64,000 nt of DNA from Eledone cirrhosa (Eukaryota), in contig OZ024742.1 of the NCBI GenBank assembly GCA_964016885.1, forward strand, positions 67,208,001 through 67,272,000, read 5' to 3'. Under the pieces are notes generated by a model. That model searched no databases, was not told the DNA's origin, and saw only the letters and a program-made list of their open reading frames with translations. The position numbers and the translations under genes were made by a program. Shown piece by piece: positions 53,612 to 64,000 of this stretch (position 1 is the stretch's first letter; every line of letters begins with the position of its first letter).

Positions 53612-55097
53612 TAAATTATACAATTATCAAAGTTGTGGAATCTCTGTCTTCTAGCGACCCATACTATGTCTTTTCGAAACCAGACCTCCTTAATAAAAAG
53701 TCGGAGACATTTTCCTCGTGCCAACACCAATACCGTCACTCTTTCCATAACTTTAAACCTAGCTGTTAGTATATAACCATGTCACATTTGAATTCTCCGC
53801 CACCTTTAAAACTTCACATCTAGGATTTATCAGCCCCCCACAACTACACGTCCTTTGATCAGCTCTCCCTCTACACAACTCCTAGGTACCTCTAACCTTA
53901 TACCCTGCAATAACTGTTAGAATTAAACATAAAGTTACCACCTTTTGGTATAACTACTATAGCTTAATTATATTATATAAAGTAATGGATATTTAATTTG
54001 TTGAGAGATTTAATGTAGTAGGTAATAATAAACGATATAGACATTTGTGTAATTAAATACTTAAATTAATAACATGGATATAAGGGATTTACCTTTAACA
54101 CAATGTAGTAATAATAAAGAATATATGAATTTATATTTAAATATATAATGTAATATCATTGTATGCAAGGGACTAATTTATAAACAATAATGTATATTGT
54201 TGCACAGATGATATATCTAGTTAAACATATAAACAGCTATTTTTCATAACATATATCTTGTCCAGTAATGAATGGATAACAATCTTAAGCGACCTCTAAT
54301 GTATTATAATAAAACACACTGTGTTTAAAATGAAGTATAAATTATAGCATTATCTAATAGAGATTTATTGTATCACATTATAACGTGTATTAGAGCAAAG
54401 ATTTTGAATAACTGAATTTAATTGGCTAGTTACCTCCCCTTACGCATTAGCTCCCCTTACGCATTAGTTCCCTTTCTCACTTCCGGATATTTTAACCGTT
54501 AGAAAACCTACCTGTTGAACTAATATAGTCTATGTATATGAATACAATAAGACTAATTTACAATCCATTGCTTTAACTAACTTAAACATTCAATATAAAC
54601 ATTAACTAAAATATAATTCAACATATGTAATGGAAGAGACTGTAATAACTTTATTCTCCTCAACACACACAAATTCAGACACTATCAATAAACTACGTCC
54701 ACCTTAGATTTTAATACACTACATTTTTGCTTAAAATACAGTATTTATTTATCTATAGATGCATAATAAATTTGCTTATTTCCTTCTCATATATGTGTCT
54801 AACGCATGTGCACTTTCTACACACCTGCATATGTATTGCTAATGAACTCTTTCTTTCTCAAAGCTCCTTTCACAATGCCTCTTTATTGGACTATTCTCTT
54901 GTATTATCTGTTGCATGTATTCCACTCTGTGCTTTTAATTTGAATTTGAATTTGAATTTGAATTTTTGTACAATTATCGTAAAATATATGTCACATCCAT
55001 TCCACCCTGTAAATACGAAACACTTGTTCACAACATCAATATATATCTATATTATTGTTCAGTTGAATAGGAGGTTAATTAAATGTACAAACATTGA

Positions 55098-55151
55098 TAA
55101 TGCTCAGATGACTCCAAATGAGAGTTTGGAAGAAACGATTGTCAGCTATTA
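55098..55151 (+). ncRNA. Variant hammerhead (CAGATGA core) in probable orphan Penelope terminus
   Basis: taatgct-CAGATGA-c-tccaaa-tgagag-tttgga-a-GAAAC-gatt-GTC-agctatta. Downstream 55164-55195 has an inverted copy at about 53605-53637. Confidence 0.65.
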
Positions 55152-55323
55152 AATGATTTGAACACAACTTTGATAATTGCATAATTTATTTATTTTCCTG
55201 CTCTGTAAAACAACTGATGTTCATACATTGAGCTATTTCTCTTACTGGTAATAAGGTAATAGGCAATTACTGAGCTTCCTGTTTATAGTTGTTTATACTA
55301 TATACATAACTATAAATACTATT

Positions 55324-55355
<32 letters not shown>

Positions 55356-55449
55356 TATAGTGGGGGAGTGTGTGTGTATACCTCTATGTGTATGAGTGCA
55401 TAGGTGTATGAAAGGATTGAGATAAGAAGCAAAAACTACTCATATATGA

Positions 55450-55785
<336 letters not shown>

Positions 55786-57119
55786 AGTGCATGTACATAT
55801 GCAAAAATTGAATAAAAATCAATTTCCAATGAGCTCACATCAAACCCTCATCTATTACGAAGAGAAAGGCAACGTAAAATCTGGCAATACAGACTTCCAT
55901 ACTTGACATTCCGCTATATGCTACTGTTGTTCTTTCTCTTATTCCGCAATACATTAATATGCTTCATTAACTACTCTTTCCTTTCCACAACGCTTCAAAT
56001 ATTCCTTGTTAATTTCTATTTCGATTTTTTTTCTCTTGTTTATTTTTTCTTCTTCCGATTCTCCATTTTCCGGGCTTTTTCACTTCTAATTTTCCTTACA
56101 TCGTATGGATTATATTTTAATTATTTTTATTCATTCATTATGATATTCTTTTATTTCTATTTTCGTCTCATTTATTGATTGAATTTTACATTGGCTCTCA
56201 ATGAATTGAAAAAAATAAATAAGGACTACTTTTGTTGCTGTTTGTTATCGTTTAGGAGCTTGGTTTATTTTTACGTTTTGTCCCCAATTTTTGTGGTTTG
56301 AATTCAATATGAACAACAACTATATCATCAATATCAAGTTCAGCTATACTCCTATGTAATGACGGAAACATGTGTAAGGGTCACACCAAATTAACTGCCT
56401 AAAGAAAACAATTGTCAGTTGAGCATTATTTTTACTAACAACTTTATTGCTACCTTATAGAAATGTGCAATTTATGTGTATGCAGAAAGAATGAGATATT
56501 CAGATACAATTTTTGAATAATAAGGCTATGTATGCAATGTTGATTCCAGACTTAACTTTAGTCTTACAAATTGTGAAATGTGTAGCATATTCCACTCTCC
56601 GAAAGTTACAGCGCGAGATTTGAACCTACAAATATTAATGAGGATTTGAAGTGTTCATGTTCTTCCGCTGTGGGAGCAACTCAAAATCTTATCTTAGGTA
56701 GTACATGCACAACTGACCCACACGTTCGTTACAAATCATGGCCCAATAAAACATGCCAACTTACTCCAACATATATCGTCAGCTAAAACAAAGCACGCAC
56801 CAACAACAACTTACAAATAACCGACTCAACAAAGCTGCATTCGAAAACTGTAAAGTGACTCCTAAAATACCCACTCAATAAAATATCTTGACTGACATTC
56901 CATATATCCAGCACATATGAAACCTAAAGAGACATATGAAATAACAAAACATGTAGCATATACAAACGTTTCTACAGTCAAACATAATTGTGTTGTACAT
57001 CATCTGAATGATGTAAAGGTAAACACAGGGTGCTACAGAAAATATTACAATATATTGTTAATGGAAAATGGATTTTTAAAATCCTCTAATAACATCAACA
57101 GCAATAGCAGCAGCAGCAT

Positions 57120-57196
<77 letters not shown>

Positions 57197-58049
57197 ACAA
57201 AGAAGATGCATTTTGAATAACTAAAAATTGGGAATTATAGAACGCGTAACATTACACTCAACATACTGGTCATAATCTAACATTTGAATTAAATATTTAT
57301 GTATAATCTGGGACTAAACATACCAGCCGCAATACGCTTCTTGAGTCACAAGTTTGTGGAAAACTGAGAAGAGTTAAACATTATAACTGCTAAAAGAATG
57401 ACGATCCTCTTACAGAGGAATTAAAAGATAATAACAGTTGCGGAAAAAGTTTTCTGTATATTGAAAACCAGCATTGTGATGCAGTGAAACGAAAATATCG
57501 GAGAATCATAGTGGGCTGTTTAGAGACTGTGAGTCGAATCTTTGGAATTTTTAAGCATTGGTTCAGGGTAGCACTACAAAAACACTGCGATTCGAGACGT
57601 GATTCGAGAGTTTAACTGGTAACCAATTATCATTGTTCCATAACCAACACTCCACCGGTAATACAGATGGGATATCTATATCTGTAAACATGAAAAAAGG
57701 AAGGGTGTATTATTCAGAAGAAATGTTATTACAAAATCTTAATAATGGTTATGAGAAAATACATCAGAAGTAAATAAAATCTTTTTCAACACTGTTTACA
57801 TTACCATTAGAGATCATGCATTTATATGAATATCTGCAGCAATTATACGACTTGCTTCCTGCTTGACTTCCACCTATTGTAATGTACTATTTTCCTATTG
57901 CCAGCTTCTATTCCATATAGGGAATGTTACTTTCAGATTATGGGAAATAACGTGGTCATTGACAAAGCAAAAGTTAAATATATGTGTATTAAGTGCCGAC
58001 ACTGCGCAGGGAGTCCACTTCCGACTGCATGAAACGTCTCCGGCATAGA

Positions 58050-58266
58050 GTAAACCTCAAACAAATTGAGGGTCACGTTTCGGCTGTGGTACGTGTCCTG
58101 GCCTCAAGCGACACTGTACTCCCGCCCACATCGGATTTTCTCGGTCGCCCCAGCTGACATCAGAACGTCCTAGCCCCGGCCTGTAATCTTTCCCTGGTTG
58201 CATCGGGTCAAGACGTAGTCGCTACCCTAAGATCCTTCCCTGCGAGCAACACTGGCAGGGTGGATT
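58050..58266 (+). pseudogene. CRE-like retrotransposon fragment upstream of RT
   Basis: EGHVSAVVRVLAS..DVVATLRSFPASNTGRVD in a GC-rich island. Confidence 0.5.
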
Positions 58267-59110
58267 CTATGACATTAAAACGACAATTCGTACTTTCGGC
58301 AAGATTGTTTTACAAATCATCTTCGGAAATATTATATCCATACAACGACTCACAACTCTACACGCAATATAAAGAATAACCCTATTAAGTATGTTTTGTA
58401 CGAAAGCCAGGATAAAATCGATGGTTGCTAATCCACTATTTCCGAAATCTCCTGTGACCTTCATTAGATCGTATCTAAACCATTTGATCCAATGAAAAAA
58501 AATCTTCTTCACTTGGAGTAAAATATCCATGATGTGTAAATCAATATCGCAGAAGCAAATCAAACTGTAAATTCTCTAGTTTTCCACCATTTTAATTGTT
58601 ATATATTTGTTTTGAAATTTATTGACCCTTTATAACGATATTTTATTTGATTTTTTTGTTTTCTCTATCAAAGCTCACACATTCAATAATTCAATATTTA
58701 CTTAACTTTGTAACGGTTCAATAATTTACACCTCATAAGCTTTCGATAGAGTTTATGTAGGAAAAACAAATTTCACTAAACTTAATAATAATAGCAACAA
58801 CAACACCGATAGCATCAGCAGCAGCAGTAGCAGCAACAGTAGTAGTTATAGTTGTAGTAGTAATAGTATTAACTGTTGTTTTTGTTATTGTTGGAGGTGA
58901 GGGAGGAACAACATTATAAAAAAACAAGTGGTAAATAATTGAAAACACAATAATAAAATAAAAATAATGATCATATATACACATACACACATACGCGCAC
59001 ACACATATATATAAGTATGAGAAATCAAATTTCGTTTCATTTTTTTTTCATTTATATATATATACATATATGTATATATACATATCCATGTATATATACA
59101 TATATATATA

Positions 59111-59182
<72 letters not shown>

Positions 59183-59210
59183 CATATATATATATATATA
59201 CATATATACC

Positions 59211-59269
<59 letters not shown>

Positions 59270-59313
59270 GGGGTGTGCGACTGAAGTATGTGTATATATG
59301 ATCATTATTTTTA

Positions 59314-59391
<78 letters not shown>

Positions 59392-60000
59392 GTATATGTA
59401 TGTATATATATATATACATATATATATATATGTGTGTGTGTGTCTGTGTTTGTGTGTGTATTCAGATGTATTTTTTTAAGAGAGAGAGATTTGTGTGAGT
59501 GTGATTATGTGTGTGTGTGTGTGTGCGTGTGTGTGTGCGTGCGTGTGTGTATGTGTGTGTGTGTATGTGTTTATAATATGTATTGCTAAAGAAAGTATTA
59601 TGCTGTGATTACTTAATTATATTTTCCTGTTCAGTGAAAATCTACAACTTAGTCTCACATTTATAAACATCACTAAATGTTAAATGAAAATTAAATAAGT
59701 GAAACGAACAGAGGAATATTTCGTTCGATAACTACCAAAAAAATACGGTTATAAAATAGTATTATGATTAGACATACATCTATATGTTTTATATTTATAT
59801 ATATTTGATTGTGTGTCGGTGGCTGAGAGAGAGTGTGTGTCTATATAATGTAATATAATATAATATAATTATGCATACACTACATCCATTAACTTTATTT
59901 CGACTATACCTTTCACCTCTTTGATATGGTCTGCTTTTCCTCTGGGCAAATAAAACTAGAAACGAGAAACATTAATACAGATGTGTAACGGAAAAGCTTA

Positions 60001-60153
<153 letters not shown>

Positions 60154-60689
60154 GGTATGTATATATTTCCTTGTAATGTCGAATGTTTTGTTTTTTATAT
60201 AATTTCTCTCTTGCGAATAATAAGGCAATTATAATGGTAGTGGCTTAGCAGAATACTTAGAGCTTCGTATAAAATAAATTGCCGTATTTATTGTGGCTCC
60301 TTACATCCTGAGTTCAAATCGCACTAATTTCAAATTTGTCTTATTCCTTCCGAGATTGATATATTAATGTCGTTTCAGTTGTATTTACCGTAGTTTTTCG
60401 TCTACAATAACATCTGTAATGTTACCTATTACAAATCTTATTGTAGCATGCAACAATTGTTTGTCTCTCTCAGATATTACATCTATCGAAATTGGCAGGC
60501 TGGATAACCCAGGTATATGAATTGGAGAGGGGTATCGACGTTAATGAGGGACACTAACAAGAGTTGGAATGCTACAGGTAATCTCAGTCCCACGACTCTG
60601 TTAAAAACAGTTAAGATTATATGGGAGAGGCGGTTACAAAATTATTGGGAAATGTGTCAAGTAGTGGTGACAGTACTCAATCTTGGTGG

Positions 60690-60960
60690 AATCCCTCCCA
60701 AATTGAATGGTCTTAATTTAGCACCATTTATCCGAACACAAATATTCGGGTATTCATATAGAGACATCAGGGCAAAAAGAAACTCATCATTTATCCCATA
60801 TTCCTGCAGAATCTTCCACAGGAGGTCCCGAAGAACGCGGTCATATGCCTTTTCGGGATCTACAAAACAAGAACATACATCTTGGTAATACTCACATGGT
60901 TTCTCGAAGACCTACCGCAGTGTGAATATTTTGTCGGCGGTGCTGCATCGTGGGCTATGC
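60690..60960 (-). pseudogene. RTE-like RT fragment
   Basis: STADKIFTLR*VFEK..CFVDPEKAYDRV..LWKILQEYGI. Confidence 0.75.
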
Positions 60961-62084
60961 TGGTGATGCTTGTTTTGTACATAGTAAATAGAAATCATTG
61001 GGTGGAAATTCTCATTTGTATATAATGTGAACTTAACTGGTTATAATTAAATGGCCGTATCCCTAAGACATATGCATTAAACAATTATATTTAAATATAT
61101 AGTATATACTTTCATAAATATCCCTTTCATATATATAAATCTTACTGAGACAACTCTTAATATATATATATATATATGTGTGTGGGGGTGGTGTATGAGA
61201 GAGAGGGGGATAGAGTGTGTGCTTGTGTGTGGTATTATCATCGTGAATTTTCAAGTGGACTCTCATTACAAATTGCAATAATATAGTTGACACACATACA
61301 GTGACATGGACATTAATACAAGATTTGCCGGGAAGCACATCAATACATAAATATATGCATGGATTATATGTTAACGTTGTACTTGATAATTTGAAAGAAG
61401 TTTTGTCTCCATTAGGACATATGAACAACAGGTTTTTTATACTAGTGATTCGTATGCAATAATTATCGCATTTGTGCAATTTGAAACTGTAACCTCCAGG
61501 ATAACGCACTTCAAAGAATAGTAAATTCCATAATTAGAAGAAAGCTGTTTTTATTTTCGTCATCTTCTAAATGTAAATGTTTCATGTTTGATTGTTAAAT
61601 TATTGCAACATCGCACATACTGTTAAATATATGTTAGCGAAATTTACTGCTAGAACATACCCGCAGAGGCTAAAGAACACAACACTTGTTGAAGAAGTAA
61701 ATCCTTTGTTCTGTCGTCAAAGACCATTAACTTGCAGATCCCTGCAAGCGGAATTTGTCGATCTTGGATTTGCAGAAACCTAGCGCTGATGTTGTGTGAT
61801 GTATGTGATGTATATCGTATGCTATACGATATGCATTATATGTTGCATTCGGTCTCACCGATATGTCCAGGTCAGTCTAAAATCTTTTCCTGAGTCTAAC
61901 CATTCTCATTGCTGTGGTAATGCGGCTGGACTGCCAATCGCTACATTTGATTTGCTAAGCTGTCTAATAGTATTGTTATTACTCTGGGGTACTATTCCCA
62001 TTCGAGTGCTAAAGCTACATACCGATTTTGCATTCGTTAGCTTGGCCGCAATCTAAAGCTTCGTTAATGCTGTACTAAAATGTG

Positions 62085-62142
<58 letters not shown>

Positions 62143-62611
62143 TGTGTGATGGGTGTATTTATATATCTGTGTTTCTATTGAGGCACTTATTTTGTGTGAC
62201 CCAATACCTGTATATAGTTTAAGCTCATCCTGGCAAGATTTACTCACGTACACGTTCGCACACCAGCAGGCACACACAGACGCACGCATACTACACAGAC
62301 ACTCATACACACACATACACACACACACACACACACATATATATATGTGTGTGTGTGTGTATGTGCGCGCGCGTGTGTGTGTGTGTGTACATAAAATTGT
62401 AGTATTCTAAGCGCGAAAGGTAGCTGTAGACAGCAGAAAATTATATGTATAGTAAAGGTCGGGTTAAGATATAACCATATATTGAACGGAGAGTGTTGGA
62501 GAAAGGATGAAAGGGAGACTAAGTCATGAGATGAGAAATGAGAAGGGTATAGAGGGCGAGAGGGATGAGAAGAGAAGAGAAAAGTGGGAATAAGATGATA
62601 ATATTTTCATA

Positions 62612-62914
62612 TATAGGCACAAGGCCTGCAATTTGGGGGTAGGGGAAAGTCGATTAAATCGACCCCAGTGCGTGGCTGGTACTTTATTTTATCGACCGCG
62701 TAAGGATGAAAGGCAAAGTTAACCTCAGTGGGATTTGAACTCATTTCTACTTATGGCACAAGGCCAGCAATTATCCAGTGCATTACTGGTACCTTATTAT
62801 CGACTCCGTAAGGCAAAGTTAACCTTGGCGGGATGTGAACTCAGAATGGCAAGGGCCGTAACTCTACGTCAAAGCATGGCGTCCGAACCTCTACCAATAC
62901 TGCCAATCCACACC
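62612..62914 (-). mobile_element. Two adjacent SINE copies
   Basis: Reverse complement of the family consensus, twice. Confidence 0.8.
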
Positions 62915-63154
62915 GATAATAATAATATATAATGTTATCAGTATCACGCTTGCGAGGAAGTAGAGGAGGGTTCGGTCCTTCTGACTTTTTGTGAAATAGA
63001 GTGGAGATATATATATGTAGATATATATATATATATATATATATAACAATTATATAATTGCTAGGATTAACAGTTGAAACTGAAACCGTTGAGACCATAC
63101 TGAGTGGCAGAGGCTACATTTGGCCCTCTATATATAATATATAGTTAGTATTAC

Positions 63155-63273
63155 CTCTGAGTTCAAATACCGCCGAGGTTAACTTTGTCTTTCATCCTTA
63201 CGGGGTCGATCAAATAAAGTACCAGTAATGCACTGGTTATTTGCTGGCCTTGTGCTAAAAGTAGAAACAATTA
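63155..63273 (+). mobile_element. SINE (5'-truncated)
   Basis: B box, core and tail of the family. Confidence 0.8.
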
Positions 63274-64000
63274 TTACCAACAACACCCTGTCGTTTTACT
63301 TACTGTCTACATAGAGTGTCCCCTAAGTGTCATGAATTTTATATTTTCATGTAAAATTCTCATGTAAAATTCTCATTAAGTACAGGAATTCTTTTTGGCT
63401 AGCGTCGTAAGCCATGAGTAAATTAATATATATATATTTGGTCATAAATCATTGGATCTGATCTGACCTGTGCCCAAGCAAACAACAAAAATAAATGTTT
63501 ATGTTAAGTCGATAGCAATACTTAGCTAGAATTAAGAAGAAAATCCACCGTAGAAATATTTAAGATAAAAGCCTGCATTATTAAAACTAAAATAATGCAA
63601 TTTATTGCGTCGGATATAACAAACAGCTTTAAAATCTCATATGAAATATGAAATCGATAATATACTAAAGCTTTCAGTTTTGTTCAACAATCATAAACAT
63701 CTGACGTTGTCAAATTGGAATCTTTAATTAAAAGGAATAAAAATAAATAAGATGATGCAGACTCAAATCTATAATAAGATTCAGCAGATGTTGGAGAATA
63801 GCTGAAACAGTTTAAAACTGTTCGTAGTTAATGCTGTTGTTGTTGTTTAGCCCTGCGTCAGCATGCGAGTAAATGCTTGCTTGAGTAAACCTAACTACCT
63901 CCCATATATAATTGACTACATTACACATGCACACACACACACACACACATACACATAAATACGTTTGTATGTTTATGTTTATATATGTATATATATATAT

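Overview
AT-rich, microsatellite-dense eukaryotic (animal) DNA with no recognisable host gene. The repeat content (Meta-type tRNA SINEs, Penelope, RTE, Tx1, R4/Dong, abundant (TA)n) suggests a mollusc, probably an octopus; this is inference. The window is almost all retroelement debris: several Penelope-like elements (RT + GIY-YIG) with 5' inversions, RTE, Tx1, CRE, R4/Dong, Gypsy and mariner remnants, SINEs and a local triplicated composite block. The standout is a 5.9-kb array at 42481-48399 of about 19 near-identical 310-bp units. Each unit encodes a complete minimal type I hammerhead ribozyme inside a highly base-paired RNA. The array is split into two head-to-head arms whose junction falls at the ribozyme cleavage site, and both ends join (TA)n. 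This fits a very recent retrozyme (self-cleaving, probably circular RNA) inserted by Penelope machinery. Further canonical and variant hammerheads, including a group with 50-75 nt inserts in stem II, occur in Penelope termini and short non-autonomous elements. All structures were assigned by eye and coordinates of degraded elements are approximate.
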